Below, piece after piece: positions 15,054 to 27,804 of a DNA stretch of 64,000 nt; position 1 is the first letter of the stretch, and every line of letters starts with the position of its first letter. This stretch comes from Escherichia coli (GTDB taxonomy: Bacteria > Pseudomonadota > Gammaproteobacteria > Enterobacterales > Enterobacteriaceae). The position numbers and the translations under genes are program-made. The notes beneath the pieces were generated by a model. It did not search any database. It worked only from the letters and a program-made list of their open reading frames with translations, and was not told where the DNA came from. The stretch lies in the NCBI RefSeq assembly GCF_002854065.1, contig NZ_CP024147.1; one strand, written 5' to 3'.

Positions 15054-15820
15054 ACCGATGCCTCCAGAAATCCGGTCAGCGGGCTGGTGGCATGAGCAAA
15101 ATAACTGCGGCTGCCCGGTCCGGCCTGACGTGCCAGCAGGCCTGCTTCTACCGCCAGACGAAATGCCTTCGCCATGTTGACGGGATCGTCCGCGACGGCA
15201 ATTGCCGTATTCACTAACACCGCGTCGGCCCCCATTTCCAGCGCCTGCGCGGCATGGCTGGGAACGCCGATGCCAGCATCGACAACCACCGGCACTGTGG
15301 CCTGCTGGATAATAATCTCCAGCATGGCGCGGGTTTCCAGTCCCTGATTCGAGCCAATCGGCGCGCCGAGCGGCATCACCGCTGCACAGCCGACTTCTTC
15401 CAGACGTTTACACAATACCGGATCGGCCCCGCAGTAAGGCAGCACGACAAATCCCTGTTGTACCAGCGTTTCGGCGGCTTTCAGGGTTTCGATGGGATCG
15501 GGCAACAGCCAGCGGGCGTCAGGGTGAATCTCTAATTTTAACCAGTTTGTGCCTAACGCTTCACGAGCCAGATGGGCGGCGAAAATGGCTTCTTCCGCTG
15601 TTTTCGCCCCGGATGTATTTGGCAGCAGGGTCACACCCGCCGCGATAAGCGGTTCGAGGATAGCGTCGTTGTGCTGGCGCAAGTCGACACGTTTCATCGC
15701 CAGTGTCACCAGCTGGCTGCCGGAAGCGCGGATCGCCTCCACCATCAGTTGTGAAGAAGCGAATTTCCCTGTGCCGGTAAACAGATGTGAATCAAACGTT
15801 TTGTCCGCAATACGTAACAT
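15050..15820 (-). CDS. thiG: thiazole synthase ThiG
   Basis: ORF track gives extended 342-aa frame; ThiG sequence [20 protein letters not shown] begins at 15820 (256 aa); 4-bp overlap with thiH. Confidence 0.9.
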   Translation of the reverse strand: MLRIADKTFDSHLFTGTGKFASSQLMVEAIRASGSQLVTLAMKRVDLRQHNDAILEPLIAAGVTLLPNTSGAKTAEEAIFAAHLAREALGTNWLKLEIHPDARWLLPDPIETLKAAETLVQQGFVVLPYCGADPVLCKRLEEVGCAAVMPLGAPIGSNQGLETRAMLEIIIQQATVPVVVDAGIGVPSHAAQALEMGADAVLVNTAIAVADDPVNMAKAFRLAVEAGLLARQAGPGSRSYFAHATSPLTGFLEASV

Positions 15821-15821
15821 T

Positions 15822-16022
15822 TCAACCCCCTGCAATAACCTGAAAAAGCAGGATCTGGTCGCCATCCTGCACGATATGTTGCGCCCACTGCTCACGCGGG
15901 ACGATTTGCTGATTAATCGCCAGAGCCGCGCCCGCTTGTCGTTGGTCGAGTTGCTCCAGTAGTTCGTGAACAGTTTGCCCGGCGGCGCACTGCATCGGTT
16001 GATCGTTAAACAGGATCTGCAT
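15822..16022 (-). CDS. thiS: sulfur carrier protein ThiS
   Basis: 66-aa product MQILFNDQ...LFQVIAGG with C-terminal Gly-Gly inside the 75-aa track ORF. Confidence 0.9.
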   Translation of the reverse strand: MQILFNDQPMQCAAGQTVHELLEQLDQRQAGAALAINQQIVPREQWAQHIVQDGDQILLFQVIAGG

Positions 16023-16761
16023 TGCTTCCTCCGCATACCGGGCAACCACTGGCGCGGCGCAACGCCAGGCTGCGCCACTGGCTCGATTTACCGTCGAACA
16101 GTCGGAGTTCTCCCGCAGGTGTCTCTATACCGCTTAATAACTTAATGGCTTCCAGTGCCTGCAAAGTGCCCATAACCCCGACCACCGGGCCAACCACGCC
16201 CGCCGTGCGGCAGTTGCGTTCTGGCTCCTGGTTATCTGGCCACAGGCAGCGGTAACACCCCTGCTCCCAGGGCGGCGTCAGTACCATCAACTGACCGCCA
16301 AATCCGACCGCGCTGGCGGTGATAAGCGGCGTGTTGAGTGCCACGCAGGCGGCATTAATCTCCTGGCGAGTCGCCATATTGTCGGTACAGTCGAGCACCA
16401 CATCGGCCCGTGCAACCGCATCTTTTAACGCCTCACCCGTTAACCGTTGTTGTAATGCTGTCAGTTGAATGTCGGGATTCAACTGTGTCAGTCGCTGTTG
16501 GCTGACCTGCGATTTCGGGCGATCGATATCTTCAGTGGTAAAGAGGATTTGTCGTTGCAGATTGCTTAAATGCACATCGTCGTCATCTGCCAGTACCAGC
16601 GTCCCGACGCCAGCGCCCGCCAGGTACAGCGCAGCAGGTGTACCCAGCCCGCCCAGACCGATAATCAGCACCTGGCTGTCGAGCAGTTTTTGCTGCCCGT
16701 CCAGAGCGATATCGTCGAGCAGGATTTGGCGGCTATAACGCATAAAGTCACGGTCATTCAT
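16006..16761 (-). CDS. thiF: ThiS adenylyltransferase ThiF
   Basis: 251-aa product starting [16 protein letters not shown]1-like fold motifs ([19 protein letters not shown]; CxxC pairs); track ORF is N-terminally extended. Confidence 0.9.
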   Translation of the reverse strand: MNDRDFMRYSRQILLDDIALDGQQKLLDSQVLIIGLGGLGTPAALYLAGAGVGTLVLADDDDVHLSNLQRQILFTTEDIDRPKSQVSQQRLTQLNPDIQLTALQQRLTGEALKDAVARADVVLDCTDNMATRQEINAACVALNTPLITASAVGFGGQLMVLTPPWEQGCYRCLWPDNQEPERNCRTAGVVGPVVGVMGTLQALEAIKLLSGIETPAGELRLFDGKSSQWRSLALRRASGCPVCGGSNADPV

Positions 16762-17388
16762 CGCCAACTCCTGCAATTTCCAGCAACTGTGCCGTTGCCA
16801 AACGCCAGTCTGCGGCTTGAGTAATGGCGCTGACGACGGCGATACTGCCGACACCCGTTGCTATCACCGCAGGCGCGCGTGCCAGACTGATACCGCCAAT
16901 CGCCACGGTGGGATAATCCGCCAGTCGCTCAACATGCCGTGCCAGCTGTTCCAGCCCCTGCGGTGCAGAAGGCATCTGTTTGGTTTGCGTCGGGAACACA
17001 TGTCCCAGCGCGATATAAGAGGGGCGTGCTGCCAGCGCGACGTCGATTTCCATATCGTCATGTGTCGAAACGCCCAGTCGCAGGCCTGCCGCGCGGATGG
17101 CATTGAGATCGGTGGCTTGCAAATCTTCCTGCCCCAAATGGACGCCATACGCCTGATGCTTGATCGCCAGCCGCCAGTAATCGTTGATAAACAATCGCGC
17201 GTTATAGCGGCGGCCCAGCGCAATTGCCGCCACGACATCGGCTTCCACCTCTTCATCGCGCCAATCTTTGATGCGTAGCTGGAGAGTACGTACGCCTGCA
17301 TCCAACAGACGTTCGATCCACTGTACGCTGTCCACCACCGGGTACAGTCCTAAACGAAAAGGTACAGGAGGAAAATCAGGCTGATACA

Positions 17389-17389
<1 letters not shown>
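16754..17389 (-). CDS. thiE: thiamine-phosphate synthase ThiE
   Basis: 211-aa product [20 protein letters not shown]; overlaps thiF start and thiC stop (translational coupling). Confidence 0.92.
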
Positions 17390-19287
<1,898 letters not shown>

Positions 19288-19329
19288 TCATTCCAAAAAG
19301 TTAAGGACGTGGCTTGTCAGACGACGGAT

Positions 19330-19480
19330 GAAGCAAGAGACGATCGCCGCAAAGGCGATGCGATAGCAGATTAACTCTTGTTCCCTTCGCAGGTATTAGC
19401 CTGATCAGGTTCCGCGGATCCCGAATAAACGGTCTCAGCCAGTTAAGGCACTCCGACAAGAAATTAGCCCCCACAAACGG
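19330..19480 (-). promoter_or_regulatory. TPP riboswitch (thi-box) in thiC leader
   Basis: Minus-strand leader contains ...GGGGUGCCUUAACUGGCUGAGACCGUUUAUUCGGGAUCCGCGGAACCUGAUCAGGCUAAUACCUGCGAAGGGAACAAG... with the conserved CUGAGA thi-box; boundaries approximate. Confidence 0.8.
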
Positions 19481-19517
19481 GGCGTTGAATGTAAATTACG
19501 CGTTAACAGCGCAGAAC

Positions 19518-19994
19518 TCAAGCAGGATGTTTGACGCGGGCAGCGTCAAGCACCAGCAGAATCAGCTTATCTTCCAGCACAAAGCGCGCTTCCAGCGCCT
19601 CGCCGATGTCAGATAAAACCTGTTGAAACTCAAGGTAATTATCATGATCGATGGCGGTTTCCAGGCTGGAATCGTAGTAATCCATAATCTGTTGGGTATT
19701 GGCTTCGAGTTGCGGCCAAATCTTCGCGGCGCGCGCGAGTTGCCCGTTGCCTTCCAGCTTATGAAGAATGCGCTCATAAATACTGAAATGCCCGGCAGAC
19801 AAGTAATCGACCAGGCTCTGACAAAAATCATCAAGGGCTTTTTCGTTTAGCCTCATGTACGATTCTTTGCCAGGCTTAATGCCAACCAGATTGTAGTAAG
19901 CCACGAGCAGATGCTTACGTACATGTAGCCAGCGATCAACCAGTTTGTTACTTCCTCTGACGCGCTCCGTCAGGTTATCGAGCTGGTTAAGCAT
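19518..19994 (-). CDS. rsd: regulator of sigma D (anti-sigma70) Rsd
   Basis: 158-aa ORF, recognised sequence and position between thiC and nudC. Confidence 0.92.
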   Translation of the reverse strand: MLNQLDNLTERVRGSNKLVDRWLHVRKHLLVAYYNLVGIKPGKESYMRLNEKALDDFCQSLVDYLSAGHFSIYERILHKLEGNGQLARAAKIWPQLEANTQQIMDYYDSSLETAIDHDNYLEFQQVLSDIGEALEARFVLEDKLILLVLDAARVKHPA

Positions 19995-20088
19995 GATTGA
20001 CTCCGCAAGTTTGTATTCAAAAACTGCTCAGTGAGAAATGTAAAAACCATGTTAAACATGCCAGTGATGCAAAGGTAGTGCAAGAGCT

Positions 20089-20862
20089 ATGGATCGTATA
20101 ATTGAAAAATTAGATCACGGCTGGTGGGTCGTCAGCCATGAACAAAAATTATGGTTGCCGAAGGGAGAATTGCCATATGGCGAAGCGGCAAATTTCGATC
20201 TTGTGGGTCAGCGCGCACTACAAATCGGCGAATGGCAGGGGGAACCTGTTTGGTTAATACAACAGCAGCGGCGTCACGATATGGGGTCGGTACGTCAGGT
20301 CATTGATCTCGATGTTGGGCTGTTTCAACTGGCCGGACGTGGCGTGCAACTGGCGGAGTTTTACCGATCGCATAAATACTGTGGTTACTGCGGGCATGAA
20401 ATGTATCCAAGCAAAACCGAATGGGCGATGCTGTGCAGCCATTGCCGTGAGCGTTACTACCCGCAAATCGCCCCCTGCATTATTGTTGCCATCCGTCGCG
20501 ATGATTCGATCCTCCTCGCCCAGCATACCCGCCATCGTAACGGTGTCCATACGGTACTTGCCGGATTCGTCGAAGTGGGCGAAACCCTCGAGCAGGCGGT
20601 CGCGCGGGAAGTGATGGAAGAGAGCGGAATTAAAGTTAAACACTTGCGTTATGTGACTTCCCAGCCGTGGCCGTTTCCTCAGTCTTTAATGACCGCGTTT
20701 ATGGCGGAATATGACAGCGGCGACATCGTGATCGACCCGAAAGAATTGCTCGAGGCGAACTGGTATCGCTATGACGATTTGCCGTTACTCCCGCCGCCCG
20801 GCACCGTAGCGCGCCGTCTGATAGAAGATACGGTGGCGATGTGTCGGGCAGAGTATGAGTGA
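20089..20862 (+). CDS. nudC: NADH pyrophosphatase NudC
   Basis: 257-aa ORF with zinc-binding Cys cluster ([24 protein letters not shown]) and Nudix box ([23 protein letters not shown]). Confidence 0.93.
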   Translation: MDRIIEKLDHGWWVVSHEQKLWLPKGELPYGEAANFDLVGQRALQIGEWQGEPVWLIQQQRRHDMGSVRQVIDLDVGLFQLAGRGVQLAEFYRSHKYCGYCGHEMYPSKTEWAMLCSHCRERYYPQIAPCIIVAIRRDDSILLAQHTRHRNGVHTVLAGFVEVGETLEQAVAREVMEESGIKVKHLRYVTSQPWPFPQSLMTAFMAEYDSGDIVIDPKELLEANWYRYDDLPLLPPPGTVARRLIEDTVAMCRAEYE

Positions 20863-20901
20863 TGATACACTGACCGCCTGACGCACTAAGGAACAGCCAA
20901 A

Positions 20902-21966
20902 ATGACCGAACTTAAAAACGATCGTTATCTGCGGGCGCTGCTGCGCCAGCCCGTTGATGTCACTCCAGTATGGATGATGCGCCAGGCGGGTCGCTATCTA
21001 CCGGAATATAAAGCCACGCGCGCCCAGGCGGGCGATTTTATGTCGCTGTGCAAAAACGCCGAGCTGGCGTGCGAAGTGACTTTGCAACCGCTGCGTCGCT
21101 ACCCGCTGGATGCGGCGATCCTCTTTTCCGATATCCTCACCGTGCCGGACGCGATGGGGTTAGGGCTCTATTTTGAGGCCGGAGAAGGTCCGCGTTTTAC
21201 CTCGCCAGTCACCTGCAAAGCTGACGTCGATAAACTGCCAATTCCGGACCCGGAAGATGAGCTGGGTTACGTGATGAACGCGGTGCGTACCATTCGTCGC
21301 GAACTGAAAGGCGAAGTGCCGCTGATTGGTTTTTCCGGCAGCCCGTGGACGCTGGCAACCTACATGGTGGAAGGCGGCAGCAGCAAAGCGTTCACCGTGA
21401 TCAAAAAAATGATGTATGCCGATCCGCAGGCGCTGCACGCTCTGCTCGATAAACTGGCGAAAAGCGTCACTCTGTATCTGAATGCGCAGATTAAAGCCGG
21501 TGCTCAGGCAGTGATGATTTTCGACACCTGGGGCGGTGTGCTTACCGGGCGCGATTATCAACAGTTCTCGCTCTATTACATGCATAAAATTGTTGATGGT
21601 TTACTGCGTGAAAACGACGGTCGCCGCGTACCGGTCACGCTGTTTACCAAAGGCGGCGGACAGTGGCTGGAAGCGATGGCAGAAACCGGTTGCGATGCGC
21701 TGGGCCTCGACTGGACAACGGACATCGCCGATGCGCGCCGCCGTGTGGGCAATAAAGTCGCGTTGCAGGGTAATATGGATCCGTCGATGCTGTACGCGCC
21801 GCCTGCCCGCATTGAAGAAGAAGTAGCGACTATACTTGCAGGTTTCGGTCACGGCGAAGGTCATGTCTTTAACCTTGGTCACGGCATTCATCAGGATGTG
21901 CCGCCAGAACATGCTGGCGTGTTCGTGGAGGCAGTGCATCGATTGTCTGAACAGTATCACCGCTAA
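20902..21966 (+). CDS. hemE: uroporphyrinogen decarboxylase HemE
   Basis: 354-aa [39 protein letters not shown], recognised HemE. Confidence 0.95.
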   Translation: MTELKNDRYLRALLRQPVDVTPVWMMRQAGRYLPEYKATRAQAGDFMSLCKNAELACEVTLQPLRRYPLDAAILFSDILTVPDAMGLGLYFEAGEGPRFTSPVTCKADVDKLPIPDPEDELGYVMNAVRTIRRELKGEVPLIGFSGSPWTLATYMVEGGSSKAFTVIKKMMYADPQALHALLDKLAKSVTLYLNAQIKAGAQAVMIFDTWGGVLTGRDYQQFSLYYMHKIVDGLLRENDGRRVPVTLFTKGGGQWLEAMAETGCDALGLDWTTDIADARRRVGNKVALQGNMDPSMLYAPPARIEEEVATILAGFGHGEGHVFNLGHGIHQDVPPEHAGVFVEAVHRLSEQYHR

Positions 21967-21975
21967 GGAGCGATT

Positions 21976-22647
21976 ATGGATCTCGCGTCATTACGCGCTC
22001 AACAAATCGAACTGGCTTCTTCTGTGATCCGCGAGGATCGACTCGATAAGGATCCGCCGGATCTGATCGCCGGAGCCGATGTCGGGTTTGAGCAGGGCGG
22101 AGAAGTGACGCGAGCGGCGATGGTGCTGCTGAAATACCCCTCGCTTGAGCTGGTGGAGTATAAAGTGGCCCGCATCGCTACCACCATGCCTTACATTCCA
22201 GGTTTTCTTTCCTTCCGCGAATATCCTGCGCTCCTGGCAGCGTGGGAGATGCTGTCACAAAAACCTGATTTAGTGTTTGTCGATGGTCATGGGATCTCGC
22301 ATCCTCGCCGTCTTGGCGTCGCCAGCCATTTTGGTTTGCTGGTGGATGTGCCGACCATTGGCGTAGCGAAAAAACGACTATGCGGTAAATTCGAACCGCT
22401 CTCCAGCGAACCGGGCGCGCTGGCCCCACTGATGGATAAAGGCGAGCAGCTGGCCTGGGTCTGGCGCAGCAAAGCGCGCTGTAACCCGTTGTTTATCGCT
22501 ACCGGCCATCGGGTCAGCGTGGACAGCGCGCTGGCGTGGGTACAACGCTGCATGAAAGGCTATCGTCTGCCGGAGCCAACGCGCTGGGCGGACGCGGTGG
22601 CCTCGGAACGTCCGGCGTTCGTGCGCTATACAGCAAATCAGCCCTAA
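21976..22647 (+). CDS. nfi: endonuclease V
   Basis: 223-aa ORF, recognised Nfi, 9 bp after hemE. Confidence 0.93.
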
Positions 22648-22689
22648 TTCAGGTAAACTGCGGGTAATTTCCGTATTTGAGAACTCAAC

Positions 22690-23280
22690 ATGTTACAAAA
22701 CCCAATTCATCTGCGTCTGGAGCGCCTGGAAAGCTGGCAGCATGTCACTTTCATGGCTTGCTTATGCGAACGCATGTACCCCAATTACGCCATGTTCTGC
22801 CAGCAAACCGGTTTTGGTGATGGGCAAATTTACCGTCGTATTCTCGATCTCATCTGGGAAACGCTGACCGTTAAAGACGCAAAAGTAAATTTCGACAGCC
22901 AACTGGAGAAATTTGAAGAAGCGATTCCTTCAGCCGACGATTTCGATCTGTACGGCGTTTATCCGGCAATCGATGCCTGCGTGGCGTTAAGTGAACTGGT
23001 CCATTCGCGTTTGAGTGGTGAAACGCTCGAACACGCGGTGGAAGTGAGTAAGACCTCCATCACGACCGTTGCGATGCTGGAAATGACTCAGGCTGGTCGC
23101 GAAATGAGCGATGAAGAGCTCAAAGAAAACCCAGCTGTAGAGCAAGAATGGGACATTCAGTGGGAAATATTCCGACTTTTAGCTGAGTGCGAAGAACGCG
23201 ATATCGAGCTGATAAAAGGCCTTAGGGCAGACCTGCGTGAGGCGGGTGAGAGCAATATTGGTATAATTTTTCAGCAATAA
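22690..23280 (+). CDS. yjaG: DUF416 family protein YjaG
   Basis: 196-aa acidic ORF in the conserved position between nfi and hupA. Confidence 0.85.
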   Translation: MLQNPIHLRLERLESWQHVTFMACLCERMYPNYAMFCQQTGFGDGQIYRRILDLIWETLTVKDAKVNFDSQLEKFEEAIPSADDFDLYGVYPAIDACVALSELVHSRLSGETLEHAVEVSKTSITTVAMLEMTQAGREMSDEELKENPAVEQEWDIQWEIFRLLAECEERDIELIKGLRADLREAGESNIGIIFQQ

Positions 23281-23466
23281 GACCAGAAAACGTGATTTAA
23301 CGCCTGATTTGTCATACCTGGAGTCTTCCCTTTCGCCCCCCGTCTGGTCTACATTTGGGGGGCGAAAAAAAGTGGCTATCGGTGCGTGTATGCAGGAGAG
23401 TGCTATTCTGGCATTTCCGTCGCACTCGATGCTTAGCAAGCGATAAACACATTGTAAGGATAACTT

Positions 23467-23739
23467 ATGAACAAGACTCAACTGATTGATGTAATTGCAG
23501 AGAAAGCAGAACTGTCCAAAACCCAGGCTAAAGCTGCTCTGGAGTCCACTCTGGCTGCAATTACTGAGTCTCTGAAAGAAGGCGATGCTGTACAACTGGT
23601 TGGTTTCGGTACCTTCAAAGTGAACCACCGCGCTGAGCGTACTGGCCGCAACCCGCAGACCGGTAAAGAAATCAAAATTGCCGCAGCTAACGTACCGGCA
23701 TTTGTTTCTGGCAAGGCACTGAAAGACGCAGTTAAGTAA
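23467..23739 (+). CDS. hupA: DNA-binding protein HU-alpha
   Basis: 90-aa [29 protein letters not shown]...[14 protein letters not shown], recognised HU. Confidence 0.97.
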
Positions 23740-23745
23740 GATTGC

Positions 23746-24447
23746 GTGGCAGTGAACAGTTTTAACGAAGGGGTGGTTTCACCCCTTTTGTCTTTCTGGC
23801 GTCGATCATTGATGCTGGCTGGCGCTCTGTTTCTCACTGCCTGTAGCCACAACTCTTCACTTCCTCCCTTTACCGCCAGTGGATTTGCTGAAGACCAGGG
23901 CGCGGTACGTATCTGGCGAAAAGACAGCGGCGATAATGTGCATCTGCTTGCCGTGTTTAGCCCGTGGCGCAGTGGCGATACCACGACGCGAGAGTATCGC
24001 TGGCAGGGCGATAACCTCACGCTCATCAATATCAATGTTTACAGCAAACCGCCGGTGAACATTCGCGCGCGTTTTGACGATCGCGGTGATCTGAGCTTTA
24101 TGCAACGTGAATCCGATGGGGAAAAGCAGCAGCTTTCTAACGACCAAATCGATTTATACCGTTATCGTGCTGATCAGATCCGCCAGATTAGCGATGCCTT
24201 ACGTCAGGGGAGAGTCGTGCTGCGCCAGGGGCGCTGGCATGCGATGGAACAGACCGTGACCACCTGTGAAGGGCAAACCATTAAACCTGATTTAGATTCG
24301 CAGGCGATAGCGCATATCGAGCGCCGCCAGAGCCGCTCTTCTGTTGATGTCAGCGTGGCATGGCTGGAAGCGCCCGAAGGTTCGCAATTACTGTTAGTGG
24401 CAAACTCTGATTTCTGTCGCTGGCAACCCAACGAGAAAACGTTCTGA
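23746..24447 (+). CDS. yjaH: putative lipoprotein YjaH (DUF1481); true start probably downstream at 23812
   Basis: Track ORF is 233 aa, but the hupA terminator hairpin lies in its first 20 codons and an in-frame ATG at 23812 begins a lipoprotein-like signal MLAGALFLTAC-S. Confidence 0.8.
   Translation: MAVNSFNEGVVSPLLSFWRRSLMLAGALFLTACSHNSSLPPFTASGFAEDQGAVRIWRKDSGDNVHLLAVFSPWRSGDTTTREYRWQGDNLTLININVYSKPPVNIRARFDDRGDLSFMQRESDGEKQQLSNDQIDLYRYRADQIRQISDALRQGRVVLRQGRWHAMEQTVTTCEGQTIKPDLDSQAIAHIERRQSRSSVDVSVAWLEAPEGSQLLLVANSDFCRWQPNEKTF
23769..23796 (+). terminator. rho-independent terminator after hupA
   Basis: Stem aggggtg/cacccct with gttt loop followed by TTTGTCTTTC. Confidence 0.8.
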
Positions 24448-24448
24448 T

Positions 24449-24868
24449 TTACCAGTGGCCCATACCCATATGACCGCCACCACCGCAGCCGCCGTAACCC
24501 ATTCCGGTACCGCGCGGAATACCCGCTTCAGCCATCGCAATATCTCGTTTCACCCGTAACTCATCTAACGACTGACGCAAATTCTCCATCTCTTTGGCGA
24601 CCGCGTTAATTTTGCTGCTATCCGGTGGGTTCGCGGCTAACAGGGCATTGTATTCATAACGCTTCGTCACCAGTTGCTGTTGCAGTGCGCTGCTTTGAGC
24701 GTAAAAGTCATTATGGATTTTCTGCCACGCTGTCTGTTGTTCGCTGGTCAAAGGCGCGGCATTTTGCTGCCACATACCGTGTCCGCCGTGAGCAAATGCA
24801 GATGTCGATCCCATCGCCATTGCTGAAAGCGCCATCATCACCAGGGCAATTTTCGTGTTCCGTTTCAT
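24449..24868 (-). CDS. zraP: zinc resistance-associated periplasmic protein ZraP
   Basis: Signal peptide MKRNTKIALVMMALSAMAMGSTSAFA, His/Gly-rich ends (HGGHGMW...GGCGGGGHMGMGHW); track ORF is N-terminally extended. Confidence 0.9.
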   Translation of the reverse strand: MKRNTKIALVMMALSAMAMGSTSAFAHGGHGMWQQNAAPLTSEQQTAWQKIHNDFYAQSSALQQQLVTKRYEYNALLAANPPDSSKINAVAKEMENLRQSLDELRVKRDIAMAEAGIPRGTGMGYGGCGGGGHMGMGHW

Positions 24869-24902
24869 GGTTAATCCTCCAGTGGTTGTCTTACTTCGGG
24901 TA

Positions 24903-24919
24903 TTGCATCTTCCGTGCCA
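24903..24919 (-). promoter_or_regulatory. sigma-54 promoter of zraP
   Basis: Minus strand reads TGGCACGGAAGATGCAA (GG-N10-GC spacing) about 35 bp upstream of zraP ATG. Confidence 0.7.
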
Positions 24920-24961
24920 ACGATGAAACGCTGATATGACGGGTAATCTGGCATGATAAAC

Positions 24962-25007
24962 GAGTAAAAATGACTCGCCTGCGGCGGGTAGCGAGTCATT
25001 TTTACTC
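24962..25007. promoter_or_regulatory. ZraR enhancer-binding palindrome
   Basis: Perfect 17-bp inverted repeat gagtaaaaatgactcgc ...12 bp... gcgagtcatttttactc centred between the divergent sigma-54 promoters. Confidence 0.75.
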
Positions 25008-25058
25008 ATTGAAACTTAAGCCTTTGTGTTACAGCGCAGGGTAAGCGCTGATAAAAGA

Positions 25059-25074
25059 TGGCATGATTTCTGCT
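25059..25074 (+). promoter_or_regulatory. sigma-54 promoter of zraSR
   Basis: TGGCATGATTTCTGCT (GG-N10-GC) about 30 bp upstream of zraS start. Confidence 0.65.
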
Positions 25075-25105
25075 GTCAGAAAGGGATGAGCAGGCAAAGA
25101 AGAAG

Positions 25106-26482
25106 ATGCGTTTTATGCAACGTTCTAAAGACTCCTTAGCTAAATGGTTAAGCGCGATCCTCCCCGTGGTCATTGTTGGGCTGGTAGGGTTGTTTGCGGT
25201 GACGGTGATTCGCGATTATGGGCGCGAGACTGCCGCCGCCAGACAAACGCTGCTGGAAAAAGGCAGTGTACTTATTCGCGCTCTTGAATCCGGCTCGCGC
25301 GTCGGCATGGGGATGCGCATGCATCATGCGCAGCAGCAGGCCTTACTGGAAGAAATGGCCGGGCAGCCTGGAGTACGTTGGTTTGCGGTCACGGATGAAC
25401 AAGGAACAATCGTGATGCATAGCAACTCCGGCATGGTGGGAAAACAGCTTTATTCCCCGCAGGAAATGCAGCAGTTACATCCGGAAGATGAAGAAGCGTG
25501 GCGGCGGATCGATAGCGCAGACGGTGAGCCTGTTCTGGAAATTTATCGCCAGTTTCAACCGATGTTTGCTGCTGGAATGCACCGGATGCGCCATATGCAG
25601 CAGTATGCCGCGACACCACAAGCAATTTTCATCGCTTTCGACGCCAGTAATATTGTGAGTGCCGAAGATCGTGAGCAGAGAAACACCCTGATTATCCTCT
25701 TCGCCCTGGCGACGGTCTTGCTGGCAAGCGTATTGTCATTCTTCTGGTATCGCCGCTATCTGCGCTCGCGCCAGCTTCTACAAGATGAAATGAAGCGCAA
25801 AGAGAAGCTGGTGGCGCTGGGGCATCTTGCGGCAGGCGTTGCCCACGAAATCCGTAACCCACTTTCCTCGATTAAAGGACTGGCGAAATACTTTGCCGAG
25901 CGCGCGCCTGCAGGGGGAGAAGCGCATCAACTGGCGCAGGTGATGGCGAAAGAGGCCGACCGTTTAAACCGCGTGGTAAGCGAGTTGCTGGAACTGGTTA
26001 AGCCAACGCATCTGGCTTTGCAGGCGGTGGATCTCAACACGCTGATTAACCACTCATTACAGCTGGTAAGCCAGGATGCAAACAGCCGGGAGATCCAGTT
26101 ATGCTTTACCGCCAACGACACATTACCGGAAATTCAGGCCGATCCGGACAGGCTGACTCAGGTCCTGTTGAATCTCTATCTCAATGCTATTCTGGCGATT
26201 GGTCAGCATGGCGTGATTAGCGTGACGGCCAGCGAAAGCGGCGCGGGCGTGAAAATCAGCGTTACCGACAGCGGTAAGGGAATTGCGGCAGATCAGCTTG
26301 AAGCCATCTTCACTCCGTACTTCACCACCAAAGCCGAAGGCACCGGATTGGGGCTGGCGGTCGTGCATAATATTGTTGAACAACACGGTGGTACAATTCA
26401 GGTCGCAAGCCAGGAGGGAAAAGGCTCAACGTTCACCCTCTGGCTTCCGGTCAATATTACGCGTAAGGACCCACAAGGATGA
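25106..26482 (+). CDS. zraS: sensor histidine kinase ZraS
   Basis: 458-aa ORF with two TM segments, H-box (HEIRNPLSSIKG) and ATPase G-boxes (DSGKGI, GTGLGLAVV). Confidence 0.93.
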   Translation: MRFMQRSKDSLAKWLSAILPVVIVGLVGLFAVTVIRDYGRETAAARQTLLEKGSVLIRALESGSRVGMGMRMHHAQQQALLEEMAGQPGVRWFAVTDEQGTIVMHSNSGMVGKQLYSPQEMQQLHPEDEEAWRRIDSADGEPVLEIYRQFQPMFAAGMHRMRHMQQYAATPQAIFIAFDASNIVSAEDREQRNTLIILFALATVLLASVLSFFWYRRYLRSRQLLQDEMKRKEKLVALGHLAAGVAHEIRNPLSSIKGLAKYFAERAPAGGEAHQLAQVMAKEADRLNRVVSELLELVKPTHLALQAVDLNTLINHSLQLVSQDANSREIQLCFTANDTLPEIQADPDRLTQVLLNLYLNAILAIGQHGVISVTASESGAGVKISVTDSGKGIAADQLEAIFTPYFTTKAEGTGLGLAVVHNIVEQHGGTIQVASQEGKGSTFTLWLPVNITRKDPQG

Positions 26483-27804
26483 CGCACGATAATATCGATA
26501 TTCTGGTGGTGGATGATGACATTAGCCACTGCACTATTTTGCAGGCTTTACTGCGCGGCTGGGGCTATAACGTCGCGCTGGCGAACAGCGGGCGACAGGC
26601 GCTGGAGCAGGTGCGGGAACAGGTTTTTGATCTTGTGCTTTGCGATGTGCGAATGGCGGAGATGGACGGCATCGCCACGCTGAAAGAGATCAAAGCGTTA
26701 AACCCGGCAATTCCGGTGCTGATTATGACTGCGTACTCCAGCGTCGAGACGGCGGTAGAGGCACTGAAAACTGGGGCGCTGGATTATCTCATCAAGCCGC
26801 TGGATTTCGATAACCTACAGGCGACGCTGGAAAAGGCGCTCGCGCATACGCACAGTATTGATGCTGAAACACCTGCGGTGACTGCCAGCCAGTTCGGTAT
26901 GGTCGGTAAAAGCCCGGCGATGCAACACCTGCTCAGTGAAATCGCCCTCGTCGCGCCATCGGAAGCCACGGTGCTGATCCACGGCGATTCCGGCACCGGT
27001 AAAGAGCTGGTCGCCAGGGCGATTCACGCCAGTAGCGCACGTAGCGAAAAACCGCTGGTAACGCTCAACTGTGCGGCACTTAACGAATCCTTGCTGGAAT
27101 CTGAATTGTTCGGTCACGAAAAAGGGGCGTTTACTGGAGCCGATAAACGCCGGGAAGGGCGCTTTGTTGAGGCGGACGGCGGCACGCTGTTTCTCGATGA
27201 AATTGGCGATATCTCGCCGATGATGCAGGTGCGTCTGCTGCGTGCGATTCAGGAGCGCGAAGTTCAGCGTGTCGGTAGCAACCAGACTATCTCGGTTGAT
27301 GTCCGGCTGATTGCGGCGACCCATCGCGATCTTGCCGCAGAGGTGAATGCCGGGCGTTTTCGCCAGGATCTCTACTATCGCCTGAATGTGGTGGCGATTG
27401 AAGTACCATCGCTGCGGCAACGGCGGGAAGATATCCCTCTGCTGGCTGGCCATTTTCTTCAGCGCTTTGCCGAGCGTAATCGCAAGGCGGTAAAAGGCTT
27501 TACGCCACAGGCGATGGATTTGCTGATCCACTACGACTGGCCGGGAAATATTCGTGAACTGGAAAACGCGGTGGAACGGGCGGTAGTGCTGCTGACCGGG
27601 GAATATATTTCCGAACGCGAGCTGCCGCTGGCGATTGCCGGTACGCCGATCCCGCTGGGGCAAAGTCAGGATATTCAGCCGCTGGTGGAAGTCGAAAAAG
27701 AAGTGATTCTGGCGGCACTGGAGAAAACGGGCGGCAACAAAACCGAAGCCGCCCGTCAGTTAGGGATCACGCGCAAAACGCTATTGGCAAAACTGTCGCG
27801 TTAG
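26479..27804 (+). CDS. zraR: sigma-54-dependent response regulator ZraR
   Basis: 441-aa ORF: receiver domain, AAA+ sigma-54 activator motifs ([14 protein letters not shown]), C-terminal HTH; 4-bp overlap with zraS. Confidence 0.95.
   Translation: MTHDNIDILVVDDDISHCTILQALLRGWGYNVALANSGRQALEQVREQVFDLVLCDVRMAEMDGIATLKEIKALNPAIPVLIMTAYSSVETAVEALKTGALDYLIKPLDFDNLQATLEKALAHTHSIDAETPAVTASQFGMVGKSPAMQHLLSEIALVAPSEATVLIHGDSGTGKELVARAIHASSARSEKPLVTLNCAALNESLLESELFGHEKGAFTGADKRREGRFVEADGGTLFLDEIGDISPMMQVRLLRAIQEREVQRVGSNQTISVDVRLIAATHRDLAAEVNAGRFRQDLYYRLNVVAIEVPSLRQRREDIPLLAGHFLQRFAERNRKAVKGFTPQAMDLLIHYDWPGNIRELENAVERAVVLLTGEYISERELPLAIAGTPIPLGQSQDIQPLVEVEKEVILAALEKTGGNKTEAARQLGITRKTLLAKLSR

Noticed and set aside
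15050-16078. Extended versions of real genes in the ORF track (thiG 342 aa, thiS 75 aa, thiF 282 aa, zraP 186 aa, sorC 343 aa, iclR 287 aa, rpoB 1353 aa)
   Set aside because: The longest ORFs run upstream through neighbouring genes; starts were reassigned to the internal Met (or GTG) matching recognised N-termini and operon junctions.
24962-25007. 17-bp perfect inverted repeat in the zraP-zraS intergenic region as a possible mobile-element end or novel regulatory site
   Set aside because: Its position centred between two divergent sigma-54 promoters matches the known ZraR enhancer-binding site; not novel.
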